64,000 bases of DNA from Octopus vulgaris. Taxonomy: Eukaryota. The stretch's first letter is position 1; the number at the start of each line of letters is the position of its first letter. A program made the position numbers and the translations under genes. The stretch is from positions 72,540,001 to 72,604,000 of the forward strand of contig OX597827.1 of assembly GCA_951406725.2 (NCBI GenBank). Direction: 5' to 3'. The notes beneath the pieces are model-generated. The model ran no database searches and was not told where the DNA came from. It saw only the letters and a list, made by a program, of their open reading frames with translations. Below are positions 25,286-39,640 of this stretch, in pieces.

Positions 25286-25861
25286 TATATAGATAGATAG
25301 ATAGATAGATAGATATAGACATGTATCATATATTAGTGTTAGGAAGGGCATCCAGCCATTGAAGCCTTGCCAAAACAGACACAGAAATCTGGTGCAGTCT
25401 TTTGCCTGGCCAACTCCTGTCAAATTGTCCAACCCATGTCAGCATGGAAGGCGGACATTTAATGATGATGAATGATCATGATGATGATGATGATCGTCAT
25501 CATCATTGCTTAAAGTCCATCTTCCATGATGGCATAAGTTGGACAGTTTGACAGGAGCTGGTTAGCCTGGGGACAGTACCAAGTTCCACTGTTTGCTTTT
25601 GGCATGGTTTTAACAGCTGGATACTCTTCCTAATGCCAACCACTTTACAGAGTGGACTGGCTCTATTTTATGTGGCACGTGTGTGTGTGTGTGTGTGTGT
25701 GTGTATAAAGATATAGATGTAATGAATGATTGCTTGTATAAGTGCAGGCATGGCAGTGAGATTAAGATGACCTCTTCATAAATGCAAGGTTCCAGGTTCA
25801 ATCTTGCTGTGTGGTACCTTCAATAAGAATCTATTATAGCCTTGCATTGAACAGTACTTTA

Positions 25862-26131
<270 letters not shown>

Positions 26132-26255
26132 TTAGCAATAATGCCACAGATAATAGTTTCTGACATAAATCTAAAACCACAAAGAAAGTAAAAAATAGGC
26201 CAGGTTGTGTGGTATGTAGCTTGCTTCCCAACCAGATGGTTCTGGGTTCAGTCTC

Positions 26256-26549
26256 ATCATCATCATCATTGTTCGACCGTTGTCGAGACAATGGAATTTA
26301 CCATGCTACGCCAGACTTCACGGTCCATCATGGCATTATGGAGGTCCTGTTGCTGGATGCCTGTATCCCTGGAGATTACATCAGGGTAGGAGAGTGTGCG
26401 CCCTCTGGTATTGCGAGTAGATGGCTTCCAGAGGAGAAGAGTAGAAATTACTTCTTTTTCAGCTCTACAACAATGTCCAGCAAACTGGACTCTCCTACCT
26501 TTCACAAGAGATGACACAGGTGGTAGTTTCCCATATATTTGCATTTTGG
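26256..26549 (-). mobile_element. RTE LINE 3' fragment embedded in SINE A
   Basis: Near-identical to 9236-9520; SINE A head on the left and SINE A continuation from 26550. Confidence 0.85.
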
Positions 26550-27195
26550 TATAGCTTTGGGCTGACCAAAGCCTTGTGAGTAGATTTGGTAAACGGAAAC
26601 TGAAAGAAGCCCGACATATATGTATGTGTTTGTGTGTGTGTGTGTGTGTTTGTATCTGTGTTTGTCTCCATCATTGCTTGACAACTTGTGTTGGAGTGTT
26701 TATGTTCCTGTAACTTAGTAACTTGGCGAAAAGAGTCTGATGAAATAAGTATGTATATATAACCTATGCCAGCATGGAAAATGGATGTTAATCAATGGTG
26801 ATGACAATATAATGTATATATATATGAGTATATATCGAAGCAAAGTGGCTGAGTTCCTCTCGAGTGTTGGGCCTCATGGAGGCAATGACCAAGACCTTTG
26901 GCATTATGTCATGCTTGAGAAAAAGCCTCCATCAAGCCAAGCAAAACTGCAGTTGTGACAGATACCAGTGTCAAGCAAATGGCACCCATTTCACCCTTCA
27001 GAGTGGGTGGCATTAGGAAGGGCATCTAGCTGTAGAAAACCATGCCAAATCAGACTGGAGTGTGGTGCAGCCTTCCAGTGTGCCAACCCAGTCAAACCAT
27101 CCAACCCATGCTAGCATTGACAATGGATGTTAAATGATGATGATGATGTATATATATATATATATATATATACACATGTATGTGTGTGTGTGTAT

Positions 27196-27229
<34 letters not shown>

Positions 27230-27532
27230 CATGTATGTGTGTGTGTGTATATTATATATATATATATATAAATATGACATGTTTCCTCACAGTTTCCTAT
27301 TAAATTCATTCACAAGGCATTGATCAGCTCAGGGCTATAGTAGAAGATGCTTGCCCAAGGTGCCATGCAGTGGGACTGAACCTGAAACTATCTGGTTTGC
27401 CAAGCAAGTTTCTTAATTGCACAGCCATGAACAGAAGACATTTAAAGACAAACAACTTGTATTTTGTTAAATTAATGAAGCAGGTGGCAGTAAGCGTAAG
27501 GTTAGGATCATGAATAGAATTGAACTACTTAC

Positions 27533-27600
27533 CTCGCCAAATGTATAGTAGACTGTGGCAAAATAGCTGAAGGCATAATAGTGGTTGATAAAGATGAAGA
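27533..27600 (-). CDS. TEX261: TEX261 coding exon 4 (VFIFINHYYAFSYFATVYYTFGE)
   Basis: TCCTTCACAG acceptor, GTAAGT donor, 68 nt; conserved NHY.AF motif. Confidence 0.95.
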
Positions 27601-28228
27601 CTGTGAAGGAAGAAAGAGAAAACCTGTAAGACATAGCACTGAAATAATAGACACATGCAAAACTCAACCCTAATTATTATCATTATCATTGTTTGTTCCT
27701 TCTCGAGCCACACCTGGCTCATAACGGCTGGTTTCTCGGTTTCCTTGGTGTATAGGTTCCCTACCTGGACGGGACGCTGGTCCGTCGCAAGTGAGCTGCA
27801 AGATGCAGGAGGAAAGAGAGAATTAAGTACCAGTTATGAATTAAGTACCAGTTATGCACGGGGTTGATTGTAATCGACTTAATCGCTTCCCCCAAATTTG
27901 AGGCCTTGTGCTCCCAGTAGAAAGGATTATTATTATGGTGGTGAGCTGGCAGAATTGTTAGCACGCTGGACGAAAAGCTTAGCGGTATTTTACCTGTCGC
28001 TACATTCTGAGTTCAAATTCCACCAAGATCAACTTTGCCTTTCATCCTTTTGGGGGTCGATAAATTAAGTACTAGTGAAACACTGGGGTCAATGTAATTG
28101 ACTAGTCCCCTTCCCCCAAATTTCAGGCCTTGGGGCCTATAATAGAAGGGATTAAAGGTGGTGAGCTGGTCGCTAAGTTCTGTGCCTGACAGAATAAAAT
28201 ATCAAAGAGAAGCAAAGTGTCCACTTAC

Positions 28229-28382
28229 CAATTGATGCTATAAAAGTAGGTGAGCTCAAAACGAAATAAGGGAAGCTCTTTAAAAGTAAGAAATGTGTGA
28301 GGCAGGAGACTAAACCAAACAGTATCATCATGAAAGGAAACTCTTCAAATAACAGCAGACATAAATACACAGTTGTGGTGGC
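28229..28382 (-). CDS. TEX261: TEX261 coding exon 3 (ATTTVYLCLLLFEEFPFMMILFGLVSCLTHFLLLKSFPYFVLSSPTFIASI)
   Basis: TGTAG acceptor, GTAAGT donor, 154 nt; frame continuous with exon 2. Confidence 0.95.
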
Positions 28383-28928
28383 CTACAATGGAGAGACAGA
28401 GAACATGGATATATAAGAGAGTGGATGGTTAGGTAGTGATTACATGGGGACATGTCACTGTTTGCAGAGAATTAAAGAAAGAAAGAACATATAAAGTGTT
28501 ACTTGTATGAAGGAAGCAATAGAGTCTGTTAATATCAGAGATGTGGAAAGGTGGCGAGCTGGCAGAAATGTTAGCACTCCGGGCGAAATGCTTAGCGGTA
28601 TTTTGTCTGCCGTTACGTTCTGAGTTCAAATTCCGCCGAGGTCGACTTTGCCTAGCATCCTTTCAGGGTCGATAAATTAAGTACCAGTTACACACTGGGG
28701 TCGATGTAATCGACTTAATCCCTTTGTTTGTCCCCTCTATCTTTAGCCCCTTGTGGGCAATAAAGAAATAAGAAACGTTAGCATGCCGGATGAAATGCTT
28801 AGCGGTATTTCGTCTGTCTTTACATTCTGAGTTCAAATTTCGCTGAGGTCGACTTTGCCTTTCATCCTTTTGAGGTCGATAAATTAAAGACTAGTTTTGG
28901 GCCTTGTGCCTAGAGTAGAAAAATATAT

Positions 28929-29150
28929 CATAGCTGTGGAGTCAGAATCTCAAAGCGTTAAGGGGAAGTCAGAGTCGCAAAGAATTAAAGGGGAGTTGGA
29001 ATATGGTAAAATAGACCACAATTACATAGAGGGGTCGGAGGTACTGATAACAGAGGAGTCGGAGGTACTGATAATAAAGGAGTTGGAGGTACTGATAATA
29101 GAGGAGTCAGAGTCAGAGATGAAGTTTTTTGTTTCGACTCCACAGCCCTG
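28929..29150. mobile_element. MITE with CAGGGCTGTGGAGTC-type TIRs and internal 21-bp repeats
   Basis: CATAGCTGTGGAGTC ... GACTCCACAGCCCTG; GGAGGTACTGATAA three times. Confidence 0.65.
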
Positions 29151-30262
29151 GTTAATATGTTACAAATGTTGAAGGTGGTTAGCTGGCAGAATGCTTAGAG
29201 GTATTTCGTCTGTTTTTACATTCTGAGTTCAAATTCTGCTTTTCGTCCTTTTGGGGGTTGATAAAATAAGGACCAGTTGAGTACTGGGGTCGACGTAATC
29301 AACTTAGCCCTTGCCCTGAAATTGCTGGCCTTGTGCCAAAATCTGAAACCAATATGTTGTAAATGTTGAAGGGGGTAAGTCGACAGAATTGTCGGCACAC
29401 CAGGCAAAATGCTTAGCGGCATTTCGTCCATCTTGAGTTCAATTTCTCTCGAGGTCAACTTTACCTTTTGTCTTTCTGGGGATGATGAAATAAGTACCAG
29501 TTGAGCACGAGGGTCAATGTAATCGACTTACCCTCTCGCCCGAAACTGCTGGCCTTGTGGCAAAATTTGAAACCAATGTTACAAATCCTGGAATTGAGTC
29601 TGAGTATGAAAAGGACAGCGATTGTCCACTAAAAACCCCGAAAATGTATGTTGTTGTTGTTATTGGTTGTTATAAAACCCTGGGTTTACTCTCACTGAGT
29701 AGACATGATGAAAAGGTGTTCCACTCCTCACCATCCCAATCTATCTAATATGTTCTTTCTGTTTTTTTCTTTTAAAAGAAAAATACCATGGTAGGATGTG
29801 ATTTGAAAGATTTGACTTCTATTTCTAGCATGTAGAGTAGCTATGTAGAGAGCCCCTCACTATCTTGCCTGATAATATATGTATATAGCAGTGGTTGTTT
29901 CAATAAGCTCTACTGACAGGCAGAGAACAGTTGATAGCTAAGAGTTTAATTTCTCAAAAATATGAAATTACCTCCCTTTTTCTTTGAGAGTTGCTAACAA
30001 CCACCACTAGGTTTTTCCTTGATCCAAAAGGGAAATTTCAATTACCAGCATATAAGACAATACTTCACATACAACGTCCACCACCAGATTTACAAGGATT
30101 CTTCGTGGGAAAGAAAAAATTTTCTTATGTTTAATCAGGCATTTAGTGAAAGGGATTTTAACCTTTTTTATACCAACCTGCCTGAAATTTACTCTGGTTC
30201 TGTGATATAAAACTTACAATTTTAACTTAATTTAAAACTTTCCTATCAAAATTTCATGTTAA

Positions 30263-30467
30263 CCCTTTCGTGACCAACCCGGCTGAAACTGGCTCTGGGC
30301 TCTGAGTACAAATGTCTTGTTTTCATTCTTCCACCAAACCTTAGTCACAATTTATGTTCCTAACACTAGCTTAATGATAACTAAGTTATTTTACTAAATT
30401 CTTTGTTATATTTAAAGTAATTGAAAGAAACACAGAGCATCTCAAAATAAATACAGTAACGAAAGGG
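30263..30467 (-). mobile_element. piggyBac-type MITE monomer nested in an older related copy
   Basis: TTAA|CCCTTTCG...CGAAAGGG; flanks (30159-30258, 30470-30545) are a diverged version of the same element. Confidence 0.8.
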
Positions 30468-32632
30468 TTTTTATTTTCTAAACATCAGCTTAACAATGAC
30501 CAAGTTATTTTACTAAATTCTTCATTATTTTGGGTATCAATTGAAACAGAGGCAAAGTTTGTCAACAGAAACCACTCAAAGACCACTTTTGTCAACAAAG
30601 AACTAAAGTAGTTTTTGAGGAGAAGCATGATTTTGAGATAATAAATACAATATATATAGGAATCAAGCATGAAATAACATCCAGTAATTATATACTGTGT
30701 GGCACTCTGTTGGCTGTGTCGACGAGGGTTCCAGTTGATCTGATCAATGGAACAGCCTGATCGTGAATTTAACGGACAAGTGGTTGAGTACTCCACAAAC
30801 ATGTGTACCATTAATGTAGTTCTCGGGGAGATTCAGTGTGACAAGGCTGGCCCTTTGAAATACGGGTATCCCCAACATCACTTGACAACCGATGCTGGTG
30901 TGTTTACGTCCCTGTAACTTAGCGGTTCGGCAAAAAAGACCGATAGAATAAGTACTAGGCTTACAAAGAATAAGTCCTGGGGTCGATTTACTCGACTAAA
31001 GGCGGTGCTCCAGCATGGCCACAGTCAAATGACTGAAACAAGTAATAGAGTAAAAGAGTTAAGTAAGCAGCTAAGTAGAATAAATGTGACAGAATTCCTA
31101 CAGATATAGTATATGCAGACAAAGCAAAATATTTAATTAATACTGTTTCCCTGTGAGCAACAACAACAAAAAATGTTCAGCCATTTTAATAGCAATAGCT
31201 ACTTCAATGGGTAGGCTATAAAATTAATGACAAAGTGTGATAACTATAAAAATAACATGTAAGTGTATTTAATCCCTATTTTTGAAACAAAGTAAACCAG
31301 CATCCTGAAAGCCAGAACAGTTATCCTCTTTGCTGGTATTCATATTACTGGAATTCTCTGCAATATAATGCAAACCATTAATATTTTCTTCTAACAATAA
31401 CTTGTTCCACACACCATCAATGGTATCACTAAGGCAACATTTTTAAAAAATGATTTCACAATTCCCTCCTCTTTTACTGCATTCCTCAAAATTGTTAGGG
31501 GAATACCACTGTGTGTGTGTGTGTGTTTATATTTATTTCTTTATTGCCCACAAGGAGCTAAACATAGAGGGGACAAACAAGGACAGATAAAGGGATTATG
31601 TCGATTACATCGACCCCCATTGTGTAACTGGTACTTTATTTATCAACCCCGAAAGGATGAAAGGCAAAGTCGACCTTGGCGGAATTTGAACTCACAACGT
31701 AATGACAGACGAAATACGGCTACACATTTGCCCGGTGTGCTAACGTTTCTGCCAGCGGTTGAGAGAATAATGAATGGGATGCGAAACTCATAATTGTAGC
31801 TGTGATGCTTTGTGTTGTCACAATATTCACCAAGGTTTAATCATTCTATGAGAAATTTTTATCTACCAGAAGATAGTAAATAACTGCATTTTAAAGGTAA
31901 CATCGTCTTTAAGTAAGGTAATACACATATCTGTGACAGGTTGTATACCCAGGAGTAGGGAGTGGGGATTGCAGTGACTGGTGCAAACCTGGGTGTAAAG
32001 ACAGGGTGGCGGAAAGCAGCGATACAGTAAGGCAGAGAAGGGGAGCGGGAGACAATCATAGAGTCATCATCATCATCCTCATCGTTTAACGTCCGTTTTC
32101 CATGCTAGCATGGGTTTGACGGTTCAACTGGGGTCTGGGAAGCCAGAAGGCTGCACCAGACCCAGTCTGATCTGGCAGTGTTTCTACAGCTGGATGCCCT
32201 TCCTAATGCCAACCACTCCGTGAGTGTAGTGTGTGCTTTTTACGTGCCACCTGCACAGGTGCCAGACGAGGCTGGCAAACGGCCACGATCGAATGGTGCT
32301 TTTTTACGTGCCACCGGCAAGGAGGCCAGCCGGGGTGGCGCTGGCAACGGCCACGTTCAGATGGTTCTCTTACGTGCCACTGGCACTGGTACCACAGCTA
32401 CAATTTCCATTGATGTTGATTGAGAGAGGAAATTTATGTCATTGGTTCATTTAAGTTATTCCCCTTTATGCCCCTCATTTTATACATCCTCCTCCTCCTC
32501 CTTCATGCTGACATGGGTTGGACTGTTTGACAGGAGGTGACCAGCTGGAGAGCTGCCTGGCCTCCATTTGTCTGTTTGATATTGATTCTACAGCAGGACA
32601 CCCTGCCTAACACCAACCTCTTTACAGAGTGT

Positions 32633-32930
32633 GGAGGCACATAACCTAGTGGTTAGAGCAGCGGACTCGCAGTCAAGGGATCGTGGGTTCCAATCTCAGA
32701 TCGGGTGATGTGTGTGTTAATGAGCGAAACACCTAAGCACCACGCAGCTCCGGCAGAAGTTAATGGCGAAACTTCTGCTGACTCTTTCGCCACAACTTTC
32801 TCTCACTCTTTACTCCTGCATTTTGCAGCTCACCTGCGATGGACCGGCGTCCCATCCAGGTAGGGAACCTATATACTAAGAAACCGGGAAACTGGCCCTT
32901 ATGAGCCAGGCATGGCTCGAGAAGGAACTT
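32633..32930 (+). mobile_element. SINE family D
   Basis: tRNA-like head GGAGGCACATAACCTAGTGGTTAGAGC; same body as 50151-50449. Confidence 0.85.
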
Positions 32931-34131
32931 TACAGAGTGTACAAGGTGTTTTTATGTGGCACTGGCACAGGGTTTTTTATGCGGCAATGATATGGGTACC
33001 TTTTATATGGCACCGGCATATTAATACTAGCCAAAAAATTATTCATAAATTGTTTTGCTATATGCTCACGAGGCTCCTAAGAAATAGTCAATAGCTTTTG
33101 TTATCTAAGTGACTGAATAAACAGTGGAGGAGGGTGCCCTGAAGGCATAATAACCAGAATAATAAAAGGGTGGGAAAAAAAAAAGGGTGAATGGAAGAAG
33201 CTGATTGGTCAGTGTTGGGTCCAGGACATCTCTTAAGTTGTGGACTTCCATTTATGGAAACAGAAGATGAAGATGCTGTAGAAGACAAAGAACAGATAAC
33301 TGAGAGTCCACAATCTAATAAGGAAGACTCTATGTAAGTGCTTCATTTGCTAGATATAGGAACTGGAATCTCCCTCAAATAACACTTTGTCATCTTTAAA
33401 AAAATGGAAGAGCACACTGGATGATTAGATAATGAAATTCTGGAATACAATCTCTGGAAATGAGAATAAGAAGGGATAGTCACAGCTGGAAAGTCTTTGA
33501 TCATATACATGCTAGATTAGGGTTGGCCTGGGGTTAAACAATAACAGCAAATATTAATCAAATGCCCTAAAACTCTAAATTAATATTTCATATCTACATG
33601 TTGCTTAGTGATTCTCTCGTATAGTGAAGAAAATGTTTTGTCTAAGAAGGTTTAATAAAGCTGAAGCATGTACAGAGTTATCTCTTTTCTTCCAAAAAGA
33701 ATTGAAATAATATTAGTCATTGGGCAAATGTTGTATTTGACATTAGAAATTTTTATGCTTGCTACATCAAATTTGTTAACACTAACTTAAGGATTGTTTT
33801 ACCATGCAGATGGTGTCTCTGACAAAGTTTACCACAATGATCTACAAGGCAGCCTCTACATGGTCATTTAACATGCCAGAAATAGCAGCCAAATTCTCCT
33901 CAGATCACACCTTGCCCTTTTTGAAAAGAAGAGAATAATGTAGCCATGGTTTGGAAAAAAAGTGTGACAGTCACAAATGGAATGTCTTTGACTATAGATC
34001 CAACCGATCAGGGCTGATCATCAAAAACAACATGAGTGCTCAACCAGAGCTGATATCTGGAACAACAATAACAACACCACCACCACTATCACTACCAACA
34101 GTGGTGAAAAGAAACAATAATAGATTAATTA

Positions 34132-34344
<213 letters not shown>

Positions 34345-37300
34345 TTATTTCAGTCATTTGACTGCGGCCATGCTGGAGCACTGCCTTTAGTCGAGCAAAT
34401 TGACCCCATGACTTATTCTCTGTAAACCTAGTACTTATTCTATCGGTCTCTTTTGCCGAACTGCTAAGTTACGGGGATGTAAACACACCAGCATCGGTTG
34501 TCAACCGATGTTGGGTGACACACACATAAACATATACACACACATACATATATACATATATACGATGGGCTTCTTTCAGTTTCCGTCAACCAAATCCACT
34601 CACAAGGCTTTGGTTGGCCCGAGGATATAGTAGAAGACACTTGCTCAAGGTGCTACGCAGTGGAACTGAACCTCAAACCATGAGGTTCGTAAGCAAGCTA
34701 CTTACCACACTGGCACTCTGAAAGAACGCTGGTTCACATATACAAACGTTCACATACTTCCCTTTTACATACACACACAGAGTTGAAACATTCCCACTAC
34801 CAGTTTGCTGTCCACTTCTTTATTACCCACAAGGGGCTAAACATAGAGGGGACAAACAAGGACAGACAAACGGATTAAGTCGATTACATCGACTCCAGTG
34901 TGTAACTGGTACTTATTTAATCGACCCCGAAAGGATGAAAGGCAAAGTCGACCTCGGTGGAATTTGAACTCAGAACGTAACTGCAGATGAAATACGGCCA
35001 CGCATTTCGCCCGGTGTGCTAACGATTCTGCCAGCTTGCTGCTCTTCTTTTCTCATTCATATGTTGTGATGGAGAAAAATACAAGAGTATAATAATAATG
35101 ATGATGATAATAATAATAATGATAATACTTTTAACTCTAGGCACAAGGCCTGAAATCTTAGCAGAGGCGGATAGTTGATTACATTGCCCCCCCCCCCAGT
35201 GCACAACTAGTATGTTTATTATGTTGACTCCAAAGAAATGAAAGGCAAAGTCAACATTGGAGGGATTTGAACTCAGAACATAAAGATGGATAAAATGCCA
35301 CAAAGCATTTTACCTGACGCGCCTTGCAAGAATGATGATGATGATTTTTTTCTATAATAGGTACAAGCTCTGAAACTTTTGTCAACCCCAGTATTCAACT
35401 GGTACTATATTTCATTGACCCTGAAAAGATGAAAGGATGGAAGGCAAAGTGGACCACGGTAGGATTTGAACTCAGAATGTAAAGAGCTGCTGAGCATTTG
35501 GTGTGACGTGCTAATGATTCTGCCAGCTCAACGCTTTAAAAACAATAACAATAATTAGTAATTTTGTTTTCAAAAATTTGGCACAAGGCCAGCAGTTTTA
35601 GGCAGATAAGATAATTGGATCTCGTTGACTAAGTACTTGTCTGATACTTTATTTTACTGACCCTGAAAAAGATGACCAGGCCAGATTTGAACTCAGAATG
35701 CTCACTACCATAGGATAGTCTCTTCTACCTGATTCTATAATGATTATTATTATTATTATTATTTGTGCTATAACGCTTTGTAAAGTACTGCTAGATTGCT
35801 TTACTTATTACATGCTTTGATGCACAAGAACCATTATTCCTGAAAATCTGCCCCTGAAATTGGAGGGTGTCAATCATGTCTGTGCATCTTTTTGCCATCA
35901 AATATGGTATGCACACACACAAACACACACATTCCCTGTGTGTGTTGTAGTTGTTGCTATTATTTAGCCCTAGGTCAGTCCAATGGAGTATGATCACTGG
36001 CTGCTTAGATTGTCCCATCTCTTTTGTACATCAGGAAGTATATTGTCTAATGTGTCCTTATTTAAGATAGCAGAGAGCAGCAGCCCCCAACCTAGGGTCT
36101 ACAAAGAAAGTACTGATGGTCTGTGAGCTGAGTTCACAATTTGTTGAGTAGACAGACCTTTCAATAATCTGAGATCAATGGGGAAAATGTATTTAAATGC
36201 AACTGGTACTTGATAGTGAAAAGTTTGGGAAACACAGTAGAAAAGCATGATTTGGCTGCCATTTCTAGGAGGTAGACGTCCATGAAGAGTTTCCCCTTAT
36301 ATGGTGGTGGTGGTGGAGAAAGTGCAGATTTTGCAGAGCCATATTACGGTGTCCAAAGTTTAGTACTTCACGTCTTTAAGTTCAGACGTTGCCATGTTGA
36401 ACTTTGTCGTCTATCTCCCGAGGGGAGGGGAAAGAGAGGAAATTTGACTGAGGTTGAATTACTGTCCCACGTAAATACCTGAAATTAAGTACCTTCTCTC
36501 TCTCTCTCTCTCTCTCATACACACACACACACACTCACAGAGAAAGACAACCACACGTTATATCATATAACACCACGATCATTCTTACCACATGTTTTAA
36601 GTCGGATTCCCCCATGTGCTATTAAACAGAAAGGGTTTGAAATACGGCACCTTTCCACATGTCTTGATTTAAGCCGACAAGGAAGCCTTTAAATAATCGT
36701 CTGACTTACAAAGAATAATAGTCAAATGCCCCTCAAATCATTCCAGTACGTGTTGGGCGACGTGCTCAAAAAGACAGGAAGGTCAAGGCCGGAATGGTTT
36801 TGATCACAGGTTTACTCGATCAGGACTGACATGGGGCCTAAACTATAACAGCAATTCACTGTGCAGGTGTGCGTGAGTGTGTGTGTATACAAGCTTGCTT
36901 AATAATGACATATCTCTCGTGTTAAAAGATTCGATGGTGCGTTACGAGGGTTTTTAGGTTTCATAGCATGACTCACTGCATTCACAATATTATGATGGCC
37001 CAAAAGTGAGCACAACAGCGGTTAAGCATCTTGTCCCTGCACCAAACAGGAAACAGCAGAGGAACATAAGAAACCTTTGACGCCGGAGACGAAGGGTTCT
37101 GTCCAAAATGTTTGTTTATATTCACTGATTGTCGACGTAAACCAACACAGTTTTTCTCATTTCTATTGTTTACGTCATAGAGACGTCTATATTTTACGCT
37201 TTATAGTCAACTGTACGACACGCACACACACACACAAACACAATGGTACAGACATGTTTTTAGTGGTTCGTCTTCGCGTTGCGGTCATACTGGAACAGTC

Positions 37301-37996
37301 AAAAGAAAAAAATAAGGCTGGAGAGGAAACGCTTAGCCAATCAGTATAAACGAGAAAAGACGGAATAAATTGGCATGTTGAGAGTGAATGAACCTGCTTA
37401 AGGGAGAACACAAAGGTCTCATAAAGGGATCAGTGGTGGAACGTGGTTTGTGAGGGTCACACTCGTCCCGCACCCCATCATTATCATCGGTTTATTAAAT
37501 ATCATCATAAAATTTTTTAATTAATCTTGTCATTTCATTCGATCCCCCGACCCCTTTGTCAGTCTTTTCTCCCTCTGTTCGAGGGGTTTTGCAGAAGGGG
37601 AAAGGAGAAGGGTATTGATTTTTTGTTTTTGTTTCTTTTTCTGGATCATACACAACTCTGTCTGACACTTCATTTTAACGATTCTATTTTTCGAAGCGCT
37701 ACGTTACGAGACATGGAGGACACATCATAAAGAAACATTCACCACTGATCTTTAGCCTGGTGTAAACAAGTACAGAAATGAACACACACACACTGTCCTA
37801 CGTGTACGTTTTTTCATATATATAGTTATGGGATAAACCGGCCTTACCTAACTTTATCTAGATTATATAATACTCTACAACTTGCAGTCTGCTTCTTTTT
37901 CCAATTTTTGTTTTATATATATATATATATATATATTTCGTTTTTGGATTTGGTTTGCGAGATTCTTTATGTGAATTCGTGTGTTGAAGCATATTC

Positions 37997-38157
37997 TGTT
38001 GTGTCTGGGGAGAGTCATTCTCTTTTAGTGCCTTATCATTTAACACACTCACCGGTAAAATTTTAGAAAAATAAAGAAGGAAATGAGTGGAAATTTTACC
38101 GGCGTGTGTGTTAAAATATAAGGCACTAAAAAAGAATGACCCTCCCCAGGTACAACA
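37997..38157. repeat. About 160-bp foldback related to the element at 6420-6500
   Basis: TGTGTCTGGGGAGAGTCATT...ACCGGTAAAATTT pairs with AAATTTTACCGG...AATGACCCTCCCCAG. Confidence 0.8.
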
Positions 38158-38191
<34 letters not shown>

Positions 38192-38832
38192 CATAACACA
38201 TATACACGAACACAAAGACGGGTCCCTGCACAGATTCCTTTCATTAAATTCCACTCACAAGTTACAAATATATATATATATATATCTATATGTATATACT
38301 GAACAGAATATAAATGTATTCAGATAGCAGAGATAATTAGAAGCAGACTTCTGTAACTGATTTATTTTGGTGAAGAGTGTAATGTCAGAAATCCACAAAT
38401 AAAAAACAATAGAAGTTACGGAGTCAGGTTTGTTCTTCTAATTATAGAATTCATTTTATCTCTTTAAATGTATATGAGTAATGTATTAATTTGGTTATGT
38501 TAACGTGTCAGTGTTTTAATTTAGCTGAGGTCAGCATCATTGAGAACCAAAGATGGTAAGAATCTTCAAGACGAATCACTTAAATTTTTCTCTTTTATTT
38601 CGTAGTTAAGTTAATACTTTTATACGAATCGTATGTAATGGAGAGAGAAAGCGATATAGAAAACACTGATTTTAGAATATTTGGAGCCTCAAGAATATTA
38701 CAGCCTCAAGAATGATGTTTTCGCATCTCAAATGCTTCGCACCGAATCCGTCTTTCAACTTACGCAACAGCAAAAAAAAAAAAAGAAATCGACGAAGAGA
38801 AAATATAATAAATGAAAGATATATATACTGAC

Positions 38833-38902
38833 CAACTGATAAGGAAATGAAACAGATCTGTAACAAAAGACCAAGCCAGCTTAAAAAGTATATAAACCAC
38901 AT
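38833..38902 (-). CDS. TEX261: TEX261 coding exon 1 (MWFIYFLSWLGLLLQICFISLSV, phase 1)
   Basis: ATG at 38902; 70 nt; GTCAGT donor. The peptide matches the recalled TEX261 N-terminus ([23 protein letters not shown]). Confidence 0.95.
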
Positions 38903-39289
38903 TGTCGTTGTTTGACTGATGACTGTTATTATTATTGGTATCTCCGGTGCCGACTTGCTCCCAATTCCAGACTCTGACACCGTGTCTCCTCGGTTGCTTA
39001 CTACTATGAGTTATCTGTCCTTAGTGTATGAGAGTTACCTACTCTTACTTAGCTGTTTCCTTTTTTTATTGTATTTTTTTTACTAATTTTTCTTACATTA
39101 AATTAAAGGAAAGATGTTTTTCTTGTTTTGCATTTTTTTTTATTTCATTGTGTTGCTAGGGAAAATGATGAGGAATAGCGTCGTTAACTCATAGTTTTTC
39201 CGACGAGTCATTCACTTGCTCATTGCATTTATGACGATGAGAAGGATAAGGGAGTTTCTGTAAATCGATCCAGAACAATTAGCATGCAA

Positions 39290-39391
39290 GATATTGTTTT
39301 CGGAAGTAACAGGTTTTCGATTTTCTCTCGTTGAAACTTACATTCTTCGCAGAAATTCAGATGATACAGATATATACTTAACCACACACAC

Positions 39392-39423
<32 letters not shown>

Positions 39424-39640
39424 TATGTATGTGTATAATATATATACACATACATTGTATGTAGTATATATATATATGTATATATATATATATTAATATA
39501 AATTTATGTATATACATATATATATATATGTATGTATATACATAGACTTTTTGTGGAGAATGGCGATTTGACGTCAATATCTAGCATGTTGACTGTCCAC
39601 TTTTCGCAAAAATTCTAGAAAAAATTCTAGAAAAATTCTC
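39290..39640. promoter_or_regulatory. Putative TEX261 upstream promoter motifs
   Basis: ETS-like CGGAAGT at 39301-39307, YY1-like AATGGCG at 39559-39565 and CRE TGACGTCA at 39569-39576, within 0.7 kb of the ATG. Confidence 0.35.

Noticed and set aside
28897-29172. Acidic 91-aa ORF with EVLI repeats
   Set aside because: It lies within a TIR-bounded MITE whose 21-bp repeats generate the pattern.
38672-38980. 102-aa ORF as the whole protein
   Set aside because: Only 38902-38833 is coding (TEX261 exon 1); the rest is 5' UTR and intron read-through.
39611-39640. Heat-shock element (TTCTAGAA twice)
   Set aside because: Spacing between the GAA and TTC units is non-canonical; it is more simply a short tandem duplication.
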